64,000 nt of DNA from positions 949,374 to 1,013,373 of the forward strand of contig NW_003314282.1 of NCBI RefSeq assembly GCF_000143415.4, read 5' to 3'. Position 1 is the stretch's first letter. The number at the start of each line of letters is the position of its first letter. Both the position numbers and the translations under genes were made by a program. Shown piece after piece: positions 23,880-37,668 of the stretch. Source of the stretch: Selaginella moellendorffii (lineage: Eukaryota; Plantae; Lycopodiophyta). The notes below the pieces were generated by a model. It saw nothing but the letters and a program-made list of their open reading frames with translations. It made no database searches and was not told the origin of the DNA.

Positions 23880-26800
23880 TCCCTAGTCATTCTCATTCAT
23901 TAAGCTCACAATGTCAGAAAACTAGAAGAGAAAATTGGCATAATACAAGGCAAATAAATTCTTCTCATAGTGTACTCATCTATAGCACTGCAGTGTAAGT
24001 TGAACCCACTGTAAGGACTATGGGGTAGACACAGATCTTTAACAAATATTGAAACATAAAGTACCACAACTAATAGCAATTGCCAATAGGTTGTAAAATT
24101 TCCTTTGACCATCTTATAAATATGTGAACTTGACCGAAGTGTATTACTAAAGCTATAAGTGCAAGGATTGCCTCATGGATAACAATATGAAATTGGTGGT
24201 AAACTAAAAGGTAATAGTAGATAAGTTCACCTAAATACCAAAATTGCTTTTATAACTTTAGAAATAAATGTCAATAGGCAAGTACTAATTGTTGTAGTGA
24301 AAAATTGAAAATCTAGGCTTTTTGAATTAGTAAGGATGGGCCAAAACTATCTAATGTATGTTGTTCGTTGTGGCAAAATTGGAATATTCAAAGATTGGAG
24401 TGTTATCCATCCTTTGGTAGGCAATAATTTTTTTCTATGCTTCATTGCATTGATCGTTCTCTCACATGGTTCTATTAATTGTTCTCCTCATTCCATAGAG
24501 TAAATCAAGGGTTTTCTCAATTGTACAGTGCTTTAGAGGGGATTTTACTCAGCTTATGAAGCAAAGATCTAGCTATAGAAAGGCTCTAGGTTTATGGTTC
24601 TAGCCAATGGGGTTAAATCTCATCCATGCATTTGTGGCCAGTACCCTAAACCAACTTCTAGTAACGAGCTCAAATAAAAGGGAAAAAATATCAAAGAAAA
24701 AGATACAGAGGAGGATGGGTATGTGACTACTGAAGAGTATCTAGATAAACCACACAGTCTAAAAAATTGTGGCTCTTGTTCCCAAAACAGTAGCAATAAA
24801 ACCATTCCAAAAGATTTATCAGAAGTTATGACAAATGTATCTTTGTATATTGAAGGAAACAAGTGAAAAATCAAATGCCCAATAAAGGTATTTATTAGAA
24901 TATATGGAATATTGTCATGATAAACTTGGACTCTATTGTTTTTTTGCAAAGTTTAGACAGTTTGGAATTTCATACTTTATAAGAGTTCAAAATTCACATT
25001 CACCATTTTTCAAGCATTGTCATATGAGATTGGGTTCAAAAGCAATTGATATAACAAGTGTTGCATGCACTTCTTGCTAAGGTAGCTTGATAAGAACAAG
25101 ATTTCCCTCAAGAAATTTTGGGCTGTGGGATGCTAGCCAACCTTGTTATTCATTATATTTTATATTGGCTCACCCGGCTTAAATTCAAGGGAGTCACATT
25201 CGAAGTGGTGCAATTTTGAGAGTCATTTGCTATTCATTTCTACAGAAGAAGCAATGTTCAAGTTATTAAGATTATCACTCATAAACCATATCCATACCCA
25301 TGATGATCTCAATGATCCAAGTGTGCAAATGTGCAAGTTCTCACCCATATTATTGCTAAATTGTAAACACTTGATAAATTGCTCTAGCCAGATTATTGTA
25401 TGGACTTGGAAAACATGAAAAAGCACATTTATGCCCATGGTGGTCAGTGTGCCAAGTAGGATTTTTCTCGAATGGGGTCTTTGTCGTGCCTCCATTGTCA
25501 TAGAGTGAGTAAATCTTGCCCTTAGCATGTCTACCACCTCTTTTGGCTTGTTGCTACACTATTGTAGACATGTATTCTTCCACTATATCGGTATAGCTAT
25601 CATTGATATTCAATTGTGGTTGTAAGAGTTGGTTACCTCTTGGAGCATATTTATGGTGTTCCACACAACAGCTAAGGTGGATGTTAAATCCATTTCAAAT
25701 AGTCCACCCGCACAATCTTCTATCATCTTTCTTGGGTGCCTCCTCTATTGTTATTGCAAGTGTTGCTATCATGCACATCCATGATACCTAAACATTGTTC
25801 TTAAATACTTGAAAAAGAAGCCAACCCACAAACATCACTTGCAAATTAAATCCTTATTAGAAAGCATAACAAAGGATTATAAAGACTTACTAAGTTTTTG
25901 TGACACTCCCACAATTGTGTCATACTAGGCAGCATCCTTGGATGCTAGTAGGCACCACCTTCTCCTATCACAAACATTTCTATTGATTGTGATGTAAATG
26001 CCAAATATGTACACTACCTGGAATTTGACGAAGAGCTTCATGCAATACATTTTGCATTGGGCTTCTAGCATCCACAATCTGGTCCTCCCAAAAAAGATCA
26101 TCACCAAGTTTTGTTGCATACACAATGCTAAGCTTTGGTGTCTTCAAGTATGGTCAAAACCAGAATTGAAAACATGTGACCTTACATCTTGGGGCGATTT
26201 ACAATATATTAGAGTTAAATTTTACTTTTAAAAAGGACGTTTAGAGTTTCAAAAACCAAATCCCCACCATTAGCCTTGAGCTATGCAACTGTCTATATAC
26301 CTTTCTATATGGTCCAAGCCCCACATTGTTAATAAAGAAATGCAAGAAACACATGTAAAGTGTTTCTGCTTTCTTAAACAAGTCCCTCAAACTTTGAATT
26401 GCATCCTTTTCCCTTTGTAGGTGCCTAGCAAATATATTTATTGTGAGAAAGTGTAGCGATACAAGAATTTTAACTCACCTTCTTTCCTAGTACCAAAATG
26501 CCATCTCCTTTAACATGTCTTCTCTCCTTGTTGTGTTTGATGCACTAGCAAGGACATCCTAATGCCACTATTACAAAAGAGTCACTTGAAGTCAACCTTG
26601 AGGACCCTTGTAAGAGTTATGATTGATTGCCACACTTGCTAATATGGCATGGCATGGTCATTTAGCATGCAATGTAGAAAAGCCTTACCACCTACCCAAA
26701 CAAGTTTGGTATGGCTAGTGATCGCTAAAACTATATCTTCATCCCTATTGCTTCCAATGCTAAAGTTTTCTAGCAACTTATGCTTCAACCATGAGCTCTT

Positions 26801-27100
26801 GTATGTGGAATAAATTGAGCCATACATCCTTCTTGATTGCAAGTGCAACAACATTGTTGTATTGGTCACTTGCATCGAGCCACTACTTCTAGTTCAACAA
26901 GAACTTGCATGCATTGTTATTAACCCTAGACCATGCAATTCAAGGTAGACACTTACATGGACATGTTGATGTCATATAGTAGCTCTATTACCGGTGCTGG
27001 TGCCTCACATATATTCTCAGGAAATGGTGGTGGGGGAACATCACCTTTTTCTATGTACTTCCTCTGTTATAGCGTGGACTTCAATGAAGGTTAGCTTGTT
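23880..27100 (-). mobile_element. Decayed Ty3/gypsy-like pol remnant (right-arm copy)
   Basis: Reverse-complement homolog of 5650-8850 (paired short ORFs 8591/24112 and 7846/24949; related ORFs near 5.9-6.1 kb and 26.6-26.9 kb). Confidence 0.55.
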
Positions 27101-30100
27101 CTCAGCACATACATACATACCAAAATACTAACACTTAGGTATTATATTGTAAAGCTTACTATGTCTTCAGTTAGTTCTCAGAGCTAGGCCACGTGCTTTT
27201 CTTTAGTACATGTTCTACTAATTGATGGTAAAATGCTTAACAATGTTGTATAAAAAATGACTGTCAAGTGGGACAAGTTGCTTTTGTTGCAAATGTAAAC
27301 CCAAGGTGTCTTTGCAGGCCAGTAGCATGGCTTGAGGGAGATCTCTCAAAACTTTTGTGCCTCCAGATGCTCTTGTGGGATGTTTGACTACGAACAAAGT
27401 GCCAATCCTTATTATGGCATGTGGGGGTAACAAATGTAGAGAGCATTTATAAGATGAGCTATATTGCATGCTGGGCCATCCTAGTAATGAAGGACTCACC
27501 CCCATAACAACCACTTCAACACATGTTTGCCAGTAATTTGATCTGGACATCTTGGAGAGAGGTCACTTTTACAATTGGTTTGTTGTTGAATCTCCCAAAG
27601 ATGTAGGTAGGATCACTATATATTTGGTGAAAAGGACTGTGGTTGGTTTCTAAGGCATCCCTCATCACATCTTTACATCTTCAATATCTTTTGACCATAC
27701 ACCAACATGGCCATGGCAAGATGCAAGCAACTACTAGTTGTTATCTGCAAAATTATGCACAGTTGCCACCAATAGCAAGAGATTCTAACAGCAAAAGCAA
27801 GGAAAAAAATTAGTACAAGTCTAATAGAACAAAAAAAATGTTGTACATACTTGGGGCTCAGTTGGGAGTCGAAATGAATCCCAATGTGCACTCATGGCTT
27901 GTATGAGTTTCAACCAATCTCTCAAACAAAGATGCCAATATGTGATAACTCTTGATAGCCTAAACAAAAAAGTAGTTGGGAAACATGATTTGCACTCAAG
28001 AACCACTTGACTTACTAAGGCTTACCTTTTGCAAGATGTTGAGGAAAATGGCCTGGAGGCAATGCTACCAAATGAGTGGCTGCATGGCTACACCCACCAA
28101 TTGCATGCATCAAAGTTGGTTGAGACGTACTGCCGAGAGTGCTTGATAAAAGTGTGGCACCTAAGTTGCATCTTTTGCTGGGGTCTGAAAACATGGTACG
28201 TTTGCTAGTAGCAAAGCCTTATGACATAATGGCATTAGCACTTCCCATTCCCAAAGACGCAATTGTGGGCTCCAAACAATTGGAGATCCATTGTGCTTCT
28301 GGGAGGAGCTATTGGATGGGGTTGTTGGATTGTTGGCTATTACAAATAATGTTAGCATCGGTGACATTTTGGAGGTTTTACATATGCTCTAGAATAGAGA
28401 TTCAAATGCTTCTTTCTACTTGCTCGTATGCAATGGGAAGAAGTGGGATTGATCCTATGGCCGTTGCAACTATTCCTAGGGCTACTTTAGGTCTAGAAAG
28501 ATCTAATGGATCATTTGTGTCATCTAGCGGGTACCCTTCCTCTCCCTTTGTTGTACTAACCCAAATTTACATCTCTTGAATGTTCTAGCCTGCGAGAGGA
28601 GGTAAAGAGTGAGGGGAGGACAAGGTTGGAGGATTAATCAAATTTTCCATTCTACTTTAGTCATTTAACCACATCTTTGACCACTTAGAGGAGTCTCACT
28701 CACAGCCTTCATAAGTCCTATTCCGGGCTTGGGACTTGCTAGCCCCAAGAATGGCATCCATGCCACTCAACCTTTGCACTTAGTCCAAATGCTTCACATG
28801 TCCAATCCCATGACCGACACCCAAAGGGACATATCAGCCCGTTATGCTAAGCCCATGCCCATTCACCTTTGTCACACCAGTGATCTAACACCACCTACAT
28901 CATAGTGTTGTCTCTCAAAGACTGGCCATCCGTCCATGAGTGATTATTTTAGATCCGCTCCTTAGCATCTTTAGGATGCCCGTAGACATGGGGAACAACC
29001 TTCCCCAATATCCCTTTTCCAGTCCCCACCAAATCCCTTTCTATCCATGGCCACATTCACTAACACTGCCATTGGGTTAAGGCTTACAGGCCTAACCACT
29101 AAGTCCCACTATCCTCTAGGACTTCTTCACCATGTGACTGTATCCTTAGTCACTACACCAAAAGTTTACTCCTCTTCTTTTCCACAATCCAGGACTTTAG
29201 GATAACATTTCAGAACACCGTGACCCTATGTGAGCTTCATGGGTACTCTCCCCACCTTCCACCTTTGGGTGCTTTAGCCATGGGGCTAGAGCGAGGTTCC
29301 GTTGAGCCACACTAGGTATCTAAGTAGGTAGTGCCACCCATACTTAAATTGGGAGCATCGACCATTCGATCTCCCGGAGGAGCTAGAGCCGGTTCTTGAA
29401 CATTTCATCAAATTGCCCCGCTTGTTTATCTGTATTTACTCTAGTTTTGGACTCATTAGTGGATACATCATCACCCAATATGTGGGTATAGCCTTCCTGG
29501 GTCACACTAGCTTTTCCTAGCTAAATTGGCTTCCCCACACTCTCCCTATTATACTTTTTTGAACCCCTTACACCGCCCCCAGGATGATTGCTTTGGGCTT
29601 TCACCCAACAGCTTGTATTAGTATGCGGAATTGGACTCGAACTCGGTCTCGGTCTCAGATTCCATCTTAAGTTTCATCTCAAACTCCATTTCGGATCGGA
29701 CTCTTTTTCGGACTCCATCTCTGACACTTCCACGTGTCATGTGTTGGTCCTTTTATGTCCCTTTTTTAAAGACTCACTTATTGCTCGTTTTATGCTCGTT
29801 CCTCGAGCACTTTGTTGGGAGTTCTACTCTCGCTCTCGACTTTTTGAGTTGGAGCTTTCAGTCCATATGTGTTACCTCATTTGGCTTCTGCCTCAGCCAC
29901 TGTGACATGCCACTCTTTCGGCTCCTCTTTGGGGCCTCACACACTCACCATTATGCTTAGATCCATAGTGTTGAATCAAAGAAAACCACTAATTGCCAAA
30001 TGAAGTTGAGATGTGAATTTGTCACATTTGAGGAACCCTAGGAGTTGTGTGGCGGGAAATATGATTGATTCAATCATGGGGCAATTACAACACAATCTTG

Positions 30101-33100
30101 CCAAATTCAATGGATATATGTTCCAAATCCAAGAATAAGCCCTAAATATAGAACCAAGCCTTTAATCAAACAAAAAGCTTTTAAAAAATCATAAAAAGAA
30201 ATTGTTATCATATTTACTATTATTCCATAGCAAGCTAAAGCATTTCCAATGCATGTCTCTTAACTAGTATTGTTGAAGGAAGTGTAATATTGATATGTGT
30301 TAGTAAGGGAACTCCTACATTGCTATAGCACACTTGACAAATAGATCCAAATACAAGAGATATTACATATCTAAATTGAGGTTATATTGATGCTCAATTT
30401 CTCACTTTTGCTAGGTGTTATAGAAAAGGAAGTAACAGCCTCATGAATATGTACAAGATAATTTTAAGTGCCTCTAGCAATAAATCCCCATTAGCATTGG
30501 TAAGGAAAGACTTTGGTATATCTTAGATATTTTTTCCACCTTAGGTTGGAATAATGTTGCAAGAGAGAAACAAAATGAAAGTATCATAAAGAATTGAAAT
30601 ATTTAAATATTTGTGCTTCATTGGTTAGAATAAATTGACATATAAGAAATCAAAAAGAACAATTTAAGAAATGATCCATAGGGTTCAAATATTAAAGGAA
30701 AAAACTCATGAATAAGAATGCACTCCCTTAAGGGTTTTGGAATACTTGGGGTTAAGTGTTTTTAGATTTGAATAGTACTAAGTTGAATAACCTCTTGAGA
30801 AGTCCAAACTCAAAAGCTTACATTTGGCATTAGAGATGTTTCAGTAAGCTGATATGATTGAAAAGTGTCCCACTCTCTTGACCCCTTACCTCTTGGGTCG
30901 AGCTCAGTTAGAGCAAACTAGACTTGTCAGATGTTAATCTCAATATATGGTGTGATTCTTTTAGCCAACCAATAAAATTAGACCATCAAAGTCCATGCAT
31001 AACTGTTAAAAATGGCATATGCTTGCTTTGTGGTTGAGAGTTCACAACAATATAATGAGTTGCACCACAGATCATGACATGAACATAAAATCCATATGTC
31101 ACAATCTTGCATTAGGCTATAACAAAAAAGACTAAGATTAGTTTCTAGGAATAATTTATAGAATATAAAATTGAACTCATAACTCATATAGCATAATATA
31201 TAAGGCATGTCATTTGAGTATACTCATCTATGAATTCTAGTCATGTGTTTTTGAGTCTAGCTTGATCATGTATAGCTAAAGCTTGCCATATTTAGTGTTG
31301 ACTAAAACAATATCTTGTGATTCTACAACCGGAGCAAGAGTCGATAATCCCTTAGTTTGTCCCAGTATGATTCCTAGAATCATTGGTGGACAAGATTCAA
31401 TACCTTTTATGGTGGCATCCTGTTATATACACCCCTCTAATTGGGATCAATGAGCCTCATGTACTTATATAGTGTTGGCCTTGAAATTCCAAGTTAAGTT
31501 GCAAAGTAATTAGTAGTTTTGATCTCAAGAATTTTAAGTTGCATCCAAGTGGCAAAATCAGTCAGACTTCCAAAGCCTCACGACTGGAGGAAATTTTCAA
31601 ATCCCTATGCAAATGACTATTTTAGTAAACAATAGATTTAATATGATAATGGATAATTTAACTTACCTCATAAACCTCAACAATCTCACTCTCAGCATTT
31701 GATTCATTAGTGCCATGATATGCAACACTATGTTCTTCGTCCTCCACTAGACCTACTTCTCGGTAAATTGAAAAGCCTACACAAACTGGGTGCTTCCACA
31801 CACGCCATCAGGAAATACCTTAGGCCGAACAATTTCAACACTGCAATAGAAAAAAATAAATGATCTACAAACAAGAAATAGAATTCACCTCCTACCATAA
31901 AACTTGTCTACCATGCCAGTTGAATCCCGTCTTGGGCAGCAATGACAAGCTACTGACCCTAAGTCAACAAGTCAAAGTTACATGAATGCATGTGCATGTA
32001 TGGAGTGATAATTGAAACATACCATGGCGCATATTTAAAATTGTAGAGTAATTGCTGGACAACTTGTGGACAGTCTTGTGCATTTGGTTTTTCAGATGCT
32101 ACCATATGATCATCTATGCACAGTTTACAAATTGCATGCCATATGACACATGACACGTCAGCCTTTCAAGGCCGAGATGTCCATATCACCACCGTAATAA
32201 TTTCTTGGTGTTTGTATCATGGCCATCCACATGATGCATGGTTCGGATATGTGAATATACTTGTGTTCAACTCCGGAAATACCACTTTTCAATTGTGTTT
32301 CTTTCTCTCCAGGTCTTGTGTCTTTCTTGTGTCTCCTTGAGAAACCTTTCCTTTGCCCTTCTTCTTGCACCTCAAGTTGTGGAGCCACATTTGGCAGCAA
32401 GGCTGCCAGTGGTATCCATGTGTCTCAGCTCAGAAGCATCATGAAGATGTCCATGGAAAAATACCACCGGGATTTTTCCTTGTTCCTGGACTCTCTTGTG
32501 CGAAACAAACGATGAACTAACAAAAGAGAACTTGGAAAAATACTTTGATGTTCTGCAAAATTTCGAATTTACATAAGTGTTAGTGCCAGGCCAAACTTGG
32601 CACTTTTTTGTCGAGCACCTTCGTGTCCACTTCACTTGACATTGAGATAACGGACTTGGATTCAACCGGGCCTTGATCATCATCAGCGCGTCCAGGCCAT
32701 ACATCCCACTGATGGAGAAGGTGTTCGCCTTGGTGGACACCTTGTGGGATATCTCGGTTCCAACGGTGGTCCTCGTGAACAGGCTCACGACGTGCAAGTA
32801 CGAGGCCTTGAGGATATTGTCTCCATTAACAACAGCAGCTTTGTTATTGAACAGTTTAATAGTCAGCCTTCAGCTTTTGATGCAGAAGTCTTGAAAGTTC
32901 ACGAATTGGAGTTTGTTAACCGGCCACCATGTAATCTCTACCGTGCATCTCTTAGTGCCAGCAGCTCAGCCAGGTGGCATCTTAATAACCAATCGATAAA
33001 AGGAAATTTTCAATAAGCTCAAAGAAAACATCGTACAGGCCAAAAAAATCTGATCGAATTGCTTTAGATATCCTGGACAACTCATTGTATTATTATTCCT

Positions 33101-33589
33101 CGCAAGCACCCGTGATTCTCGTTCCAAGCTAGAGTTTATTGTTTTCAAAGAAAAAACTCTTAAGAAAACTCCACCTTCAACTTCGACGTAGACAGATCTT
33201 TGATATGAGCCTTCACGATCTGTCATTCCCAATAAGCTTGTGCCACTTGGACGCAAACTCTGTGGCGTCGCCCAAAGACATGCGACGGGCGACGCTTGCT
33301 CTCGATCATCTGGATGTAATGTGTCGCATCCCCACAAAGACGATGGAACTGTAGCCGGGCTTGCTCCTTCTTCACTCGCAACTCGGCCACCTTATGAGGT
33401 TTCATTCCCACGCCATCTTCAATCTCATCGGGCGATCTCCCGGCTGCTGGCTTGGCATTTCGATACACCAGCAGCTGAACCACGCCCGCAAACTTCTTCC
33501 CGCTCGCCGCGTAGATGCTCCACCTCTAGTCTCAAATGCGTTGACCAGTGGCAGATTGCCAACGCTGGCGTTGACCAGGAGGCGCTGGT

Positions 33590-35290
33590 TTACGCACACA
33601 CCTCTGTGTTCTCGTCGAAACCTGCACACCGGTGGCAGATTGCAGTGTAGGGTGCCTCCGAATCAAGTATGGGCTTCATGCAGCGCCAGACAATGCCGCA
33701 ACCCGGCGGCATGCGAAAGCAGATGGGATGAACCTTGACACGACCGGGGAACACTGTGCCCAGCTCCACGATCGCCGGAGGCACCTGGGGCCGAAATTCA
33801 GGCGGCTCCTCAATGCACACAACGCCTGTTACTTCCAGCTGCGTCACACAGCTGCTGCTCACCACGAGCTCCTGCACAAAGTCGACCTCGTCACTGTCCC
33901 AGCACGGCACCCGCTTGTTCGAGTAGGAGGTGTCAATGTGCACGCGCAGTGGCGCGTGCCTGCTGCTCCACCCCGCGAGGCTCAAGCTCTGAAACTCAAA
34001 GTCCAAGTTTGTAACTGGTACACAATATAGATACGATCCTTGAGAAAAAAAATATATATGTACCTTGATGGTGAGGCGAAAGATGTAAAGCGCCTCAAGG
34101 CCATGCAACGGCTTCAAGAGCTGTGATATGTTGACGGATCTGGGCTTAAAGTCTACAGAGATCGAGCTGCTTGATGCCACTGATGCTCGACTCCTGACAA
34201 ACGTGGGCACTGCCTCGGAAGGTACTGGTGAGCGTGAGCCTGTTGAGCTTGGACATGACCAGGCCCTGAACAATCTGCACTTGCCCATGCAGCACCCACT
34301 CCACGTTGCACAAGGATGGTGAGAGCTCCACACGGGGTACCACGCTGACAGACATCCAGCGGAGCTTGGGCATGTCGAGCACGAGGGAAAAGTTGGCAAC
34401 GCTCCTGCCAGCGCCCCTGTGGGCGCGAATCACCAGGCAGCCGAGGCTGTGACTCTTGAGCAAATGCGTCCCAGCCGACTCCACCAGCAGCTGGGTCAGC
34501 CGGAAGTGGACGAGCGAGGGGCACAACTTGAGGAGCTGGTTCGTCATGGCCACGTCTGGAAGCGTGTGCATATGAAGCAGTAGACAAGCGCGGGAAGAAT
34601 TGGAGCCGCTGCCGTCGTCGTGAGAGGGCCGCCAAGCTCAACAGCATCGTTGATATGGAGGCACCTTAGCTGCTGGCAGGTGAGAATGCTGGACCAGAAG
34701 CCATCCACACTGACGCCGATGGTAAGGGAGTGGAGGGTTTTTCCAATCACTGGTAGCCAGTCAAGACGATGTGATTACTTCTTCTCATAGGGCAATGGTC
34801 CATGTAGCCTCACGACATCACACACATCATGCAATCTAGGGTATCTTGAGTTGATTGTGATTTATTACACTTGGTTTGAAATGTAGTTTTGCATCTCACA
34901 TTTTGAGAAGAACCCTGACTGTGAGTATTATATTTGTCTGCATCCACATGGTTACTTCTTCTCACGGGCCGCCTTATAATATCACACACATCATGCAATC
35001 TAGGGTGCTTGTTTACATGGACTTCACTAGTTCATATTTCTAACATAATATATAAATCATAAGAGCATAGCTGTTTTGAGGAACCTGTCAAAGACAGGGA
35101 GCGGTGATTGCTGCTGCTGCTGCTGCCAAAGGAGACCCCGTTGCTCATGCTCATTGGTCAATTCCAACCTGAAATGTGTGACGAGCCTTGCCAGCTGTGC
35201 CCACCTCTTGTTCACCAGCAGGAGGAGGCGAGGAGGGACAGGATCCAGATGAGAACGTCGTCGGGAAGATTGTCCATGGAGCTCAGATTG
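33590..35290 (-). pseudogene. F-box/LRR pseudogene interrupted by a 293-nt insertion
   Basis: 3' exon intact (SLSLAGWSSRHAPL..DENTEVCA*); exon 1 frameshifted; insertion at 34768-35060. Confidence 0.85.
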
Positions 35291-35369
35291 TTCCTCACTG
35301 CCCATTGATATTGTGGCAGTCCAAAAAAATGTAATTATAATATTTCAAATTACTCCAAAATTTGCCTAT

Positions 35370-36450
35370 CAAACTCTACTCGTGGCTCCAAGACTCCATG
35401 TTGCCATGGTGCTGTCCTCAATCGACAAGAGCTCCTCCACAAACACATCAGTCTGAAAGTATTTGCCATCCATGCTTCCAGATCCATAGAATATATTCAA
35501 ACTCGACAAGCGGCTGCTTCTCCATGAAGACAGATCGAACTCCGTTAATCTCCTCCAGAAACTCATCATCCACTCACATTTCCTCGAAACTACCCATGCT
35601 TCTAGATTCATGTTGCAGCTACAAAACATTGGCATCATTATTGCACAAAAACTTCTTGCCCAGCTTGAACAATTCCATCTCCAAAATCACTCAAGGAGGG
35701 TGAGGATACTAATAAGGGTGAGGAACTCAATAACGCAGCAGGCCAAGCTGGTGAAATGTCTACGATCATCAAGGTATACATCTTTTTTAAGTTCTCTTTC
35801 TTTAGAAAAAGACAGCAGGGAAGAGAAAAATCCCAATAGTGAACTAGCGGTGGTGGCAAATCTTTATTGAATCTTAGCTCCTTTGGCTCTAAACCTTCCA
35901 GGTTAGGATCTACCAGCTTTTGGTTATCACCAATTTGCTTTAATGTGTGCATCAATTGCTGCTTGACAATAGTTTTCATTTGAGGTGGCAAAAACTCAAG
36001 ACTAAGGCCAATGTTTGCGTTGAGGATGTAGCTCTTTACCATGTCCAGGAAGTAACAGGAATAATCAAGTATTGTCCCTATGAGTATGTGTATGTTCCCA
36101 TAGTTTCTTCATGATTCCATAGATGTGCTTTCGAAAGCAACCCTTTCTTGTCTTAACATTGGAGATGTACTCTATCAGGATTTTATTTTTCCCTAGTGTC
36201 TTTTTCTAAACAAAGGAAAACTTAAAAGAAGAAACCATGTAGAAATTAAATACCATGATGATCAAGCCGTGTTGCATTACCGAGTGCATCGGTAGTGGCT
36301 CAACAATGGTTTTCATTTGAGGTGGCAAAGTTGATTCAATATTGCAGGCACATAGCGTTTGTCTAGAGAATTTTAGACTAGTACACGTGAGTATGTATAG
36401 CTCCCATAACTTCTTGATTCCATAGATGTGCTTCCGGTCATGGCACTTTT
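35370..36450 (-). pseudogene. 'Gene U' remnant
   Basis: ORF 35638-36042 SYILNANIGLSLEFLPPQMKTIVKQQLMHTLKQIGDNQKLVDPNLEGLEPKELRFNKD; downstream VDDEFLEE..MEKQP segment. Confidence 0.55.
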
Positions 36451-36679
36451 TTATCTCAGCATCGGAGATGTACTCTAGCGGAAGTTTTTGTTTCCCAGCT
36501 GTTTTGTTCTACAGAAATAGTGGAGCTCTTGCCGTCTACATCCATCCAAGGCCAAGAAGTTCACGTTCAAGATCTTCCTTGACTATATTTGACTGGTCTA
36601 ACCCTAAAAATAAATTTCCATTCATGCTTGCAGAGGAGCAAGATAGATTGGTCACAGCCACCATGTAAGCGTGTCATTG

Positions 36680-37089
36680 CATGAGGAGGAGGACCTTTGA
36701 GACGCGACACATAGAGACATCGACGATTGACGTCTTTAAATAGATCATTTGGCCTTCTAGATAACTTGTTCTTCCAAAATCAATGCTGGGGATGTGAAAA
36801 AGCTCCAGGATGCGAGAAGTCACACATGCAATGGATTGCAAACAAAGAAGGTGCGAATTGATCAATCTTTTCTTTTTCCCTCATCAGATTTTCTTCTATT
36901 TGCTAGAGCTTAATGGGATTGTCTGAAGCAAAGGTCGACAAGATCCTGGAAGTGGCAGAAAAGATAGTGGTAAGTGCCTTGGATCGCAACTACTCTGGCA
37001 AGTCGGCTATACCACTGGGAATGAGGCTCTTCAAAGTGAAAATCTGTGATACTGGAAGCCAACTTTTCGATGATCTTCACTTCTTTGCT

Positions 37090-37134
<45 letters not shown>

Positions 37135-37525
37135 ATGCACCAGGTGGTATAGAAACGATGACAATCACCAAAGTCCTTGGCGAATTCCAAACTGACAAAA
37201 CTCAGCTCACGCATACTCTTTGCATAGCCGTGCAGCTGCCGTTTGGCTTAAATGGAGTTAATGGTAAAAAGTGGCCTACATCGACACCGAGCTGGCATTG
37301 TATGATCGTTTTCCTTGCTGTGAATTCTAAACGATGCATGAGGTCGTATCAAATCATTCCCATCACGGAAAGGTGGACTGTATCCAACAACTGCTCATTG
37401 ACAAACTTAAGTGTTTAAGCTCTTGGTCCCGTGAGTATTCCAGATCGTGTACATACAGCATACACATACGAACATCGATACAACCTTCTGACTAAAATGA
37501 CTGAAGAACCGATCAGGCTCTTGGT
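36680..37525 (+). pseudogene. DMC1: DMC1 pseudogene fragment (introns retained)
   Basis: [30 protein letters not shown]|gt, TGSQLFDDL, GGIETMTITKVLGEFQTDKTQLTHTLCIAVQLP, AYTYEHRYNLL..KMTEEPIRLL|gtaag; frameshifts, truncated. Confidence 0.88.
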
Positions 37526-37668
37526 AAGAAATAATTATCTTCTATCCAGTTCTTACAAGGAAGTGCGACTCTGGACTCCATTACCAGATTGTTTCAGGTG
37601 GTGTTCTCAATGCTTGCAAGCTACTTGTGCCTTGTTGATTTCAGTTGAGCAGCTAGTTATACGTTAGA

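Larger units (their letters stand above)
1770..36370. repeat. Large imperfect inverted duplication: arms about 1770-13560 and 18970-36370, spacer about 5.4 kb
   Basis: Colinear reverse-complement anchors 13545/18979, 12033/20539, 11133/21444, 9240/23500, 8591/24112, 7846/24949, 5690/27070, 5630/31645, 3699/33590, 1800/36345. Confidence 0.85.

Noticed and set aside
29625-29720. Asp/Ser-repeat ORF
   Set aside because: Low-complexity hexamer repeat within probable TE-derived DNA.
36680-37525. Functional DMC1 gene
   Set aside because: Frameshifts, degenerate Walker A (GEFQTDKT) and missing C-terminal half; the other two copies are also broken.
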